Source of the DNA: Azolla caroliniana
Lineage: Eukaryota > Plantae > Polypodiophyta
Direction: 5' to 3'
Assembly (NCBI GenBank): GCA_043228905.1
Contig: JBHGNT010000306.1
Location: 1 to 36,573 of the forward strand
Length of the DNA: 36,573 nt
A program made the position numbers and the translations under genes. The notes under the pieces were generated by a model. It did no database searches and was not told the DNA's origin. It saw only the letters and a list, made by a program, of their open reading frames with translations. Shown piece by piece: positions 28,634 to 36,573 of this stretch; the stretch's first letter is position 1, and every line of letters begins with the position of its first letter.

Positions 28634-31600
28634 AAACCCAGTTTTTACGCTTGTTTCATAGACGAGTGGAACAAAGGGAATTGGTCGGACAATTCTACAC
28701 CACTCGGCAGGGAGAAAACGAGATGGTCCCACAATTTATCATTCGTTTCCAGACCTTGCACAGTCAATTAGCAAGAGCACCACCCGAAGAGGAGGCCAAG
28801 GCAGTCTTTTTGGCTGCGTTAAAAGACCCACTTCGAGCGATGTGTGGAATCCTCGATTTCAGCACCAGCACAATGGACCAAGTCATTGATCGGGTCCTGG
28901 AAATGGACAACACGAGCTCCTTCTTGCCGATGGGGGCGTTACACCAGGCGCTTCCGAAGGAGGAGGACCTCCGGTTCCGACAAGCCCTACAATGCACAAC
29001 ATGCCTAAATTCGGGGCACTCGACCGTTGACTGCACCCTGCGCGCACAGTGCATGATATGCAATTCTCGCGCCCACACAACGAACCAATGCGAGTATAAC
29101 CTGTTAACTCGACAAGCGGCACCGGTCCGACACATAGAACCGCGCAATCGGGACCCGGAAGAGGATCGATTCCGGAGGGACGACCGCTACCGACGAGAAC
29201 GCGGCGACAGATACCCCGACAGAAGACGCGACAGCTATGACCGAGAGGAGAACCGAAGGGATAGCTACCCCCGGGACCGGTACGACCGAGACGAATCCCC
29301 GGAATACGAGCGACGCAGAGAAGAAAGGCGGCCAGGGAACCGGAATTTCCGACGGAACCAAAGGCGTGGATTCTTCCGTAGAGAGGAGCGTCGGGAGGCA
29401 ACAAGGAATGACAAACCAGTAGCGGCACCGGAGAACCAAAAAACTGAGGACAACCGCCGGGGAATGCCCCTTCCCCAAACATGGGAAAAAGGAGAATCCA
29501 GCAACACGCACAGGGTGTACTGTTATTACTGCCGAAAAGAAGGGCATTACAGTAATCAATGCCCAAGCAAAACAGCCGACAAGCAGCCAGCAGTCAACAT
29601 GGTAACAGCCGAAGTACAGCAGGTTACCACGCGGTCGAAAGGGAAGGCCGCCGAATGGGAAGCCCAGGAAGCAATCAGAAAACAAGCGGCACAATGGATC
29701 AAAGAAGCCAACGAACAAGGTGCGGCGGAAGTAAGAAACCAAAATATGCCAAGGGAGGAGGAAATCGTACAGCCAGGAGAAAACCCGACATGGCAAGCAC
29801 TACAAGATTGTCAGATCGTGCTGCCGTTGGCACGGTTACTACAGTTGGTGCCGCGGTTTACAGCAGACTTACAAGCCGCCGTGAGCAAACCAACGCCGAC
29901 GCCGGCACCGGCATTTTTCTCCAACCCGGAGGAAGCCCCAGCGGTGGTTGATACCAGTAGCCCAGCAATCACGACAATCGTCAAAGGAAAGGAGATTCCA
30001 GGAACAATTATTGACGGAGGCTCCGGGGTGAACGTCATTAGTCGACAGACATGCGACGACCTAGGCATCCAGGAGTGGGAACCATGCCCCTTCTGGTTAC
30101 GCATGGCGGATATAAGCTCAGTCCGACCAACGGGTCTTATCCGGGACTTGGAAGTAACAATAGGAGGCCACGTATTCCGAATATCGGCCGTGGTACTAGA
30201 GCTGAATGTACAAGGCGCATATCCCCTACTGTTAGGACGACCATGGCTGCGAACGGCGCATATCAAGCAAAACTGGCAAAAGAATATGATCACGTTCCGA
30301 CGAGGGAAAACAAAGGTACGGGTAGCCACGCAACCACGGGTGCTCACTAGCAAGGAGGCAACCCCTTTATATGCCGAAAGCATCAACATGTTGGAGGGCT
30401 TACCGGATGAGGAAGTTGATCGGTACCTCGAGGAACACCCACAGATCGTCCCACTTTTTGAGGTGGATATCACGGCAGCAGTAGAGCCGTACATCACAAT
30501 GCCGGACGAGCCGGACAAAGTGGCGATCCGGGAACTACGCCAAGCACAGGAAGCCCTAGAAAGAGAAATGACGATATCCCAAAGGGTGAAAGCATCCCAG
30601 CTGGAAGAGGTGGACCTCGGCACAACAGAACAACCCCGACCGGTAAAAGTCGCGAAGGAATTGCCGAAGGAGGAAAAACAGGCAATGGTAGCACTGTTAA
30701 CGGATTTTAAGGACGTGTTCGCATGGTCATACGAAGACATGCGAGGGTTGGACCCCCAGCTCTACCAGCACCAAATTCATCTAAGTACTGACGCGAAACC
30801 CATCGCTCAACGTCGGTACCGGATGAATCCAAACTATGCGGCAAAGGTGAAGGAGGAAATTGACAAGCTTCTCCGGGTCGGATTTATCCGACCAGTCAAG
30901 CAAGCAACCTGGCTAAGCCCGATAGTGGTGGTCCCGAAAAAGAACGGCAAAATCCGGGTATGTGTGGACTACAGGAAACTAAATGCCGCGACAGTGACCG
31001 ACGCTTTTCCACTACCATTCACGGACGGAGTGCTAGATGCGGTGGCCGGCCACGAAGTTTACAGCTTCCTGGACGGATTCAGCGGCTACAACCAAATCCG
31101 AATGAACCCGGCCGACCAAGAGAAAACAGCGTTCGTGACGGAATGGGGAGTGTTCGTCGCGGTCGTGATGATGTTCGGATTAAAGACAGCCCCTGCAACA
31201 TTTCAAAGGATAATTATGGAAATCTTCGGTGATTTTATTCCCGGTTTTATGCAGGTCTTCCTAGACGATTTCGCCGTCTACAGCCGACACGGAGAGCATC
31301 TCGATCACCTACGACTATGCTTAGAAAAGTGCCGCGAGTACCGATTAAGTCTGAACCCGGCTAAGTGCGTCTTTGGAGTCGCAAGCGGCAACTTGTTAGG
31401 CCACGTGGTGAGTCGGGAAGGAATCGCGGTAGATCCGGATAAGGTAAAAGCAATTCTCGACGCACCGGCACCGAATAGCGCAAAGGCTTTAAGCCGATTC
31501 CTTGGTCAAATAAGGTGGCATAGTCGGATGATACGGCACCTTGCCGACTTTGCTACACCATTGCACGCTGCTGTACATAGAGTACCTTTCCAATGGACAG

Positions 31601-33519
31601 AAACGGAGGAGAAAGCCTACCAAGCGTTGAAGGTAATGCTGTCACAAGCTCCGGTGGTGCAGCCGCCGGACTGGAGTAAAAGCTTTCACGTCTTCGTCGA
31701 CGCGTCGGACGTAGCAATCGGCAGCGTTTTGATGCAACTCACGGAACCGAACTGGTATCGGCCGGTGTACTACGCAAGCAGGAAACTCTCGAAAGCCGAA
31801 CGGAACTACTCTACAACGGAACGAGAGGCATTAGGAATGGTGTACAGTGTCACAAAGTACAGGCACTATCTGCTCGGACGAAAGTTCTCCTTTCACGTTG
31901 ACCACTCGGCACTACTCTACCTGGTCTCAAAGGCAGCCCTGACAGGAAAACTCGCACGGTGGACGCTGCTATTACAGGAATTCGAATTCGACATTTTCCA
32001 CCGACCCGGGGTGCAGCATGCGGTAGTAGACTACCTGAGCAGACTAGAATCCGGAGAATCAGGGGACGGCGTACAGGACGAATTTCCCGACGCCGAGCTG
32101 TTTAAGGTCACGACGGCACCGGCAACGGAGACCACAGTAGCGGACGAAGACAAATGGTTAACCGAAATGCATCAGTTCCTGAGCACCGGAGTTCCCCCGG
32201 AAAACCTGGACCGAGACGAACGGAAAAGGATGGCAGTACGGGCAGATGGCGTATGGAGGCGAGCAGTGCGGAGCGATGAAAAGGATCTGATCCTGAGGGA
32301 AGCCCACTGTGGAATTGCAGGCGGGCATTATGCCGGCGAAACAACAGCCCGGAAGATATGGCAGAGCGGACTATGGTGGCCGACTACCATGAGAGATGCC
32401 GTTAAGTATAGCAGGGAATGTGACCTGTGTCAACGACTGGGCCAACCCACGGAGCAGGCCCGGATGCCACATCACCCGGTCTTGCCATTAGAACCATTCC
32501 AAAAGTGGGGCTTGGACTTTGTTGGCCCCTTTAAGCCACCGGCAATGCGGACCGGAAATCGGTATATAATAGTGGCTACCGACTACTGCACCAAATGGGT
32601 AGAAGCAAAGGCACTACGGGACAACACGGCGGCGTCCACGGCCAAATTTTTATATGAATGCCTATGGTGTCGGTACGGATGCCCGATTGAGCTGATCAGT
32701 GACCAGGGAGGACATTTTCTCGGGCAGGTGGTGGAAAGTTTGACCTCATTCTATGCGGTAGTACACAAACGAAGCACTCCCTACTACCCTCAAGCCAACG
32801 GATTAGCGGAATCAACGAATAAAACGCTACAGAACATCCTTAGAAAAATCGTCAATGAGAACCGGACCGACTGGGACACGAAGTTGCAGAGCGTGCTGTG
32901 GGCGTACCGAACGGCGTACAAGACTAGCATCCGGACGACCCCGTTCCGACTGGCATTCGGCTTGGAAGCAGTCATGCCAGTAGAATTCCAAATTCCTAGC
33001 TTAAGAATACAGGTTAAGGAGCGGTTAAGCGAGAAGGAATCGGAACGAATCCGGCTGAAGATGCTGTTAGAACTGGAAGAAAATCGAATAGCCAGCCTGC
33101 TACAGCTAGAACTAGAGCAAAGGAGGAGGAAAGCCTTTGTAGACCGACACCGCCGCGGTAACGAAAAGGAATTCGAGGTCGGGAAACCTGTATTACTGTT
33201 CCAGACAAGGATGGGGAGCATGCCAGGGAAATTGCGATTTCGGTGGACCGGACCATTCTGGATCACAAAGGAGTACAATGGGTCTTACCAGCTCGGGACG
33301 TTGTCAGGAGAAGTTGTGGGCAAATGGGCAAATGGTTTTCGCCTAAAACCGTATAAGGGGCACATGCCAGCTAACCCCTTCAAGCAAGAACCGGACATCC
33401 TGAATGGCGAGGAACCGACACAGATACGGAGGACCGAGGAGCCGACACCGACGCGTAACAACGAGGAACCGACAACAGTGCGCACCGACCCGAACACATC
33501 GGGGGGAACCGAACAATGA
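28618..33519 (+). CDS. pol: Gag C-terminus + Pol polyprotein (3 zinc knuckles, protease, RT, RNase H, integrase)
   Basis: CCHC knuckles at 28993, 29050 and 29521. Protease IIDGGSGVN (D at 30013). RT SPIVVVPKK..RVCVDYRKLN, LDGFSGYNQI, FLDD (31258). RNase H VDAS..YYASRKL..NYSTTERE. Integrase H..GH..C..C, WGLDFVGP, ISDQG, YPQANG.AE, and a GPF motif. Confidence 0.95.
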   Translation, partial: TFEALKTQFLRLFHRRVEQRELVGQFYTTRQGENEMVPQFIIRFQTLHSQLARAPPEEEAKAVFLAALKDPLRAMCGILDFSTSTMDQVIDRVLEMDNTSSFLPMGALHQALPKEEDLRFRQALQCTTCLNSGHSTVDCTLRAQCMICNSRAHTTNQCEYNLLTRQAAPVRHIEPRNRDPEEDRFRRDDRYRRERGDRYPDRRRDSYDREENRRDSYPRDRYDRDESPEYERRREERRPGNRNFRRNQRRGFFRREERREATRNDKPVAAPENQKTEDNRRGMPLPQTWEKGESSNTHRVYCYYCRKEGHYSNQCPSKTADKQPAVNMVTAEVQQVTTRSKGKAAEWEAQEAIRKQAAQWIKEANEQGAAEVRNQNMPREEEIVQPGENPTWQALQDCQIVLPLARLLQLVPRFTADLQAAVSKPTPTPAPAFFSNPEEAPAVVDTSSPAITTIVKGKEIPGTIIDGGSGVNVISRQTCDDLGIQEWEPCPFWLRMADISSVRPTGLIRDLEVTIGGHVFRISAVVLELNVQGAYPLLLGRPWLRTAHIKQNWQKNMITFRRGKTKVRVATQPRVLTSKEATPLYAESINMLEGLPDEEVDRYLEEHPQIVPLFEVDITAAVEPYITMPDEPDKVAIRELRQAQEALEREMTISQRVKASQLEEVDLGTTEQPRPVKVAKELPKEEKQAMVALLTDFKDVFAWSYEDMRGLDPQLYQHQIHLSTDAKPIAQRRYRMNPNYAAKVKEEIDKLLRVGFIRPVKQATWLSPIVVVPKKNGKIRVCVDYRKLNAATVTDAFPLPFTDGVLDAVAGHEVYSFLDGFSGYNQIRMNPADQEKTAFVTEWGVFVAVVMMFGLKTAPATFQRIIMEIFGDFIPGFMQVFLDDFAVYSRHGEHLDHLRLCLEKCREYRLSLNPAKCVFGVASGNLLGHVVSREGIAVDPDKVKAILDAPAPNSAKALSRFLGQIRWHSRMIRHLADFATPLHAAVHRVPFQWTETEEKAYQALKVMLSQAPVVQPPDWSKSFHVFVDASDVAIGSVLMQLTEPNWYRPVYYASRKLSKAERNYSTTEREALGMVYSVTKYRHYLLGRKFSFHVDHSALLYLVSKAALTGKLARWTLLLQEFEFDIFHRPGVQHAVVDYLSRLESGESGDGVQDEFPDAELFKVTTAPATETTVADEDKWLTEMHQFLSTGVPPENLDRDERKRMAVRADGVWRRAVRSDEKDLILREAHCGIAGGHYAGETTARKIWQSGLWWPTTMRDAVKYSRECDLCQRLGQPTEQARMPHHPVLPLEPFQKWGLDFVGPFKPPAMRTGNRYIIVATDYCTKWVEAKALRDNTAASTAKFLYECLWCRYGCPIELISDQGGHFLGQVVESLTSFYAVVHKRSTPYYPQANGLAESTNKTLQNILRKIVNENRTDWDTKLQSVLWAYRTAYKTSIRTTPFRLAFGLEAVMPVEFQIPSLRIQVKERLSEKESERIRLKMLLELEENRIASLLQLELEQRRRKAFVDRHRRGNEKEFEVGKPVLLFQTRMGSMPGKLRFRWTGPFWITKEYNGSYQLGTLSGEVVGKWANGFRLKPYKGHMPANPFKQEPDILNGEEPTQIRRTEEPTPTRNNEEPTTVRTDPNTSGGTEQ

Positions 33520-33793
33520 TGCGGCATATGTTTAAAAAAAAAAAAAAAAAAGAATGACGTGGAGCTACAGGTAGAAAAGTCAAGACAAGAAGATCAAGAA
33601 AATCATGGTAATGATGAAGGAAGTAGTTACAACCGTCACACGGGTGCACGAGCTATTTAAAGCACAGAACGTGGGGGCGCCGATGTACAGGATTTAAAAC
33701 GCGCGTCAATTAAGGAGTCATAATGACAGACACGTAGGAGATTCGACACACGCGGCAAAGAAGCGCAAGCATGACACGCGGCAGCAAAGGACA

Positions 33794-33970
33794 GACATAC
33801 TATTCATGACACAGCATGCGCAGGCGCCAAAAATAGGACATGCTATTCATGACAGAGCATGCGCAGGCGCCAAAAATAGGACATGCTATTCAAGGCAGAA
33901 CACGTGCAGCCGTCAAAATTAAAGAGTGACATGCTAATTATGGCAGGGGACGCGCGAAAAACAGGAAAAG
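33794..33970 (+). repeat. 43 bp tandem array (~4 units) between pol and the extra ORF
   Basis: GACAT(A/G)CTA(T/A)T starts at 33794, 33837, 33880 and 33928. The first two units are nearly identical. Confidence 0.9.
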
Positions 33971-33990
33971 GCGGCTCGAGGGAAACGCCA

Positions 33991-34000
33991 CTATATAAAG
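33991..34000 (+). promoter_or_regulatory. Candidate internal TATA box for the extra ORF
   Basis: CTATATAAAG ~140 nt upstream of ATG 34135, followed ~25-30 nt later by a pyrimidine-rich TTCACTTTT initiator-like stretch. Confidence 0.6.
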
Positions 34001-34134
34001 GAAGAACCGGGGAAGGGTTCACTTTTTACGAATTTTCCCACAAGCAAACGCAGGCTCAAGACAGCAAGATCCGACGCGCAGAACACCTACACCCCGACCT
34101 CAGACCACAGGCAGCAGCAGACGAAGAAGAAGCG

Positions 34135-36573
34135 ATGGCACTGTCGGACGGAGCGCGACAATGGCTGACGGAGAACGGATTAGGAGGGCTGCTGCGGGTC
34201 GCTGACGCTCCACCACACAAGGAACCAGAGCAGGCGGCAACAGCGGTGGACTTAGCAGAGGTCACTGAAGGAGCGGTACAAGCGCTCACAGGGATTTCGG
34301 AGGGAGGACTTCAGACGATAGAGCTACCCTCGAGCCAAATATTCTTCGAGTATTTCGGCGAATACTCCCTTAGCAGCAAGGCGTATCGCACACAGGGCGG
34401 AGAGAACCTGCTGTTCGGAGAGGTGGCCCGCGCCCTGATGGAGTACGGGTTCGTGAACCCTCGTCCGGCAGCCATAGCCAAATACCGAGCAGCGATCGTC
34501 ATCGCGACATTCGAAGGCCTGCAGGTGGACTGGCTCCATTTCATTACCGAAGGACTGAAAGAGGCGATCAAGCACTTAGTGGAAGGGAAGAAGCCATGGG
34601 CCGGAATATCCCAATGGTTAACAGTGTTGGTCCCACCGGTGTCCCCCATCAAGCACAAGCAAAGAAGTCGGCAGGAGACTACCCCGAAGCAAACCATGAA
34701 GCGCCGACGAATCCTAGAGAAACACACTCCAGGATGGACACAGGAAGAAGAAGCGCCGCGGGAAGAAGGATCATCCCGACAGCCGCGGAAAGAAGGCTCA
34801 TCTCGACAATCGCGGGAAGAAGACTCATCCCGACAGCAAAGGGAGGAAGGCCCATCATGGCAGCCACAGAAACAGCAACAGCAACCGACAACGAAGAAGA
34901 AAAAGGCGGAAAAAGGCAAGGAGAAGCTGGCAAAGAAGACCAGCAAGAGGCAAACCGACACCGAACCAGTAACGCTCGAATCGGAACCGGTACCAGTAAA
35001 GGAACCAATAGTGGCACCGACGGAGGACGCTGAAACAGAGGAAGACTCATCCGAACCGATGTTAATACTACCACCCAGGCAAGGAAAGGAGAAACGAGCG
35101 ACAAGACCGACCCCAACAGCGGACGGAACTCAGCAAAGGGCAAAAGAACCGCCTCCAGTAACCGGAACAGAAGCGACACAGGATGAAGGTCCGTCTGCAG
35201 CAAAGACGGCAGTACCGGAACCGACGGCGGCGGAGTTCGAGGAACAAAGAAAGGAACAAGCGCCGGAACAAGAGAAGAGGCCGGAGAAACAGCCGGAAAA
35301 ACAGCCGGAGCTAGGCACGCCTGCTGACACCAACGAAGGCAGAACAAAGGCACAATGGCTAAGGTGGTTGTCAGGGCAGTTGTCGGGAGTAGCAGACCAG
35401 ATGGAGAAAGAGGAGGAGCAAAGAGAAGAAGTGACTAGGACGATGACTAAGGATATGGTCAGGCTCCGGGCACAATTACATGAGCTGCAAGAAGAGCTAG
35501 CACAGGCAAAAGAAGGCAGCCGACAAGCACAAGATGGCACCGAGCCGGTCGGGACATCAGAAAAGCAAGCCGAACCAGAAACGGAGAGGGCCTTGCAAAC
35601 CGGCCCTGAGACCGAGAAGTTAATAGCAACTTTGAAAGAAGAATTACAGGCTCAGGAGGCATTGAGAGATAACGAAAGAGAACAGCGGAAGTTGGTAGAA
35701 GACGACAGACGGCGAATGGAGGAAGGCCTTCGCCGAAGCAAAGCCACCAATGACCGACTACAAGAAGAAAACGGGACACTGCAAAAGGAAAAAGATAGGC
35801 TGCGCCGACGAATGGAGCAGGAAATTGAGCGGTTGCGAGAGGAACTCCGACAACAAAAGGACCGGGATGATCAGTTGCGAGCTCAGGCGAACCGACGCCT
35901 AAAACAGAAGACGGAGGAATTCGACAGACTATGTAAGGATTATAAACAGGCCACGTCGGACATCAAGAATCAGGCAGCAACGTACGACCGACAGATAGAG
36001 AAGCTGAAAGAGCAGCTCAAGGAAAACCGCTTGGAATTGTCCAAAGCAAGGGAGGAAGTATCGGCGGAGAAGACCTTGACGTCGGAACAAAGAAAGGAGA
36101 TGGAAGTACTTCGGCAGAAAGTAGGGGAGCTGACAAAGAGCAGGAATGAGGAGAAAGTGAAGTTGACTTTCGAAATCAACAAATGGCGGAGTACCTGTGA
36201 CAAGCAAAAAGTCGACTCTGAAGCTCAAGCTCAGTTAATGGCCGACATCATCAAACGGATAAGGAAGGAAAAACAAGCAGCTTCGGAACAGGCTAAAGCA
36301 GGGGTTGGCCGAATTAAGTTCATCATGTCAAGTTGGAGTACCCGAGCTCAGGCCAGCATAAATGAAAGCACGGAGAAACTCTGGAAGGAATGGGCACAAC
36401 AGGCAGCTGAACTGCAGATACTCCGAGCTGATGCAGAAAATCGGAAGAAAAACGGAGATGGGTTCTATAAAATGGACGAAGAAAGTATCGTCAACATCCG
36501 GGAAGAACTGTCGGAGGATTTCTATGCTCTAGCAGAAGAGCATCTCAAGGAAATCCGAGGGTTAGTAGAGAGG
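34135..36573 (+). CDS. Retrotransposon accessory ORF, >=813 aa: PMD-like N-terminal domain, charged linker, long coiled coil; open at the window end
   Basis: Translated by hand: no stop from ATG 34135 (GCGATGGC context) to 36573. An in-frame ATG also exists at 33883. It begins MALSDGARQWLTENGLGGLLRV and ends ..EEHLKEIRGLVER. It is absent from the ORF track because no stop codon lies in the window. Confidence 0.9.
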   Translation, partial: MALSDGARQWLTENGLGGLLRVADAPPHKEPEQAATAVDLAEVTEGAVQALTGISEGGLQTIELPSSQIFFEYFGEYSLSSKAYRTQGGENLLFGEVARALMEYGFVNPRPAAIAKYRAAIVIATFEGLQVDWLHFITEGLKEAIKHLVEGKKPWAGISQWLTVLVPPVSPIKHKQRSRQETTPKQTMKRRRILEKHTPGWTQEEEAPREEGSSRQPRKEGSSRQSREEDSSRQQREEGPSWQPQKQQQQPTTKKKKAEKGKEKLAKKTSKRQTDTEPVTLESEPVPVKEPIVAPTEDAETEEDSSEPMLILPPRQGKEKRATRPTPTADGTQQRAKEPPPVTGTEATQDEGPSAAKTAVPEPTAAEFEEQRKEQAPEQEKRPEKQPEKQPELGTPADTNEGRTKAQWLRWLSGQLSGVADQMEKEEEQREEVTRTMTKDMVRLRAQLHELQEELAQAKEGSRQAQDGTEPVGTSEKQAEPETERALQTGPETEKLIATLKEELQAQEALRDNEREQRKLVEDDRRRMEEGLRRSKATNDRLQEENGTLQKEKDRLRRRMEQEIERLREELRQQKDRDDQLRAQANRRLKQKTEEFDRLCKDYKQATSDIKNQAATYDRQIEKLKEQLKENRLELSKAREEVSAEKTLTSEQRKEMEVLRQKVGELTKSRNEEKVKLTFEINKWRSTCDKQKVDSEAQAQLMADIIKRIRKEKQAASEQAKAGVGRIKFIMSSWSTRAQASINESTEKLWKEWAQQAAELQILRADAENRKKNGDGFYKMDEESIVNIREELSEDFYALAEEHLKEIRGLVER

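Larger units (their letters stand above)
27358..36573 (+). mobile_element. Ty3/gypsy LTR retrotransposon, non-chromovirus (Athila/Tat-related), with an extra 3' ORF; 3' end outside the window
   Basis: Abrupt GC rise, LTR-like leader starting TG at 27358, PBS, gag, then PR-RT-RH-INT order. One RNase H, no chromodomain, FLDD RT motif. No PPT or 3' LTR in the window. Confidence 0.95.

Noticed and set aside
27760-36228. Many antisense and alternate-frame ORFs over the retrotransposon (e.g. 29811-30740, 34311-34961, 34679-35353)
   Set aside because: Shadows of long GC-rich sense ORFs. They are low-complexity with no motifs.
34135-36573. Calling the extra ORF env
   Set aside because: No signal peptide, transmembrane helix or Cys-rich ectodomain pattern in the visible 813 aa.

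Overview
AT-rich, intron-rich land-plant nuclear DNA. A fern or other non-flowering plant is my guess from the retroelement style, not a search result. The left ~27 kb carries four minus-strand genes, assembled by hand from splice sites. These are the 5' end of an unidentified gene with a transit-peptide-like start (runs off the left edge), NAA40 (8 coding exons, one GC-AG intron), a RING-FYVE-SYLF protein of the CFS1/FYVE2 family (5 exons), and class IV histone deacetylase HDA2/HDAC11 (13 exons). Introns and spacers hold LINE relics, a tRNA-derived SINE-like array and many 110-150 bp tandem duplications, one built from copies of an intron/exon junction. From ~27358 to the end lies a young Ty3/gypsy non-chromovirus LTR retrotransposon: 5' LTR, tRNA-Arg PBS, and gag-pol broken by one frameshift. 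After pol comes a repeat array plus TATA box and a sense-strand ORF of at least 813 codons that the ORF track misses. That ORF has a PMD-like N-terminus, a charged linker, a long coiled coil and no transmembrane segment. It is the strongest candidate for an undescribed system here.
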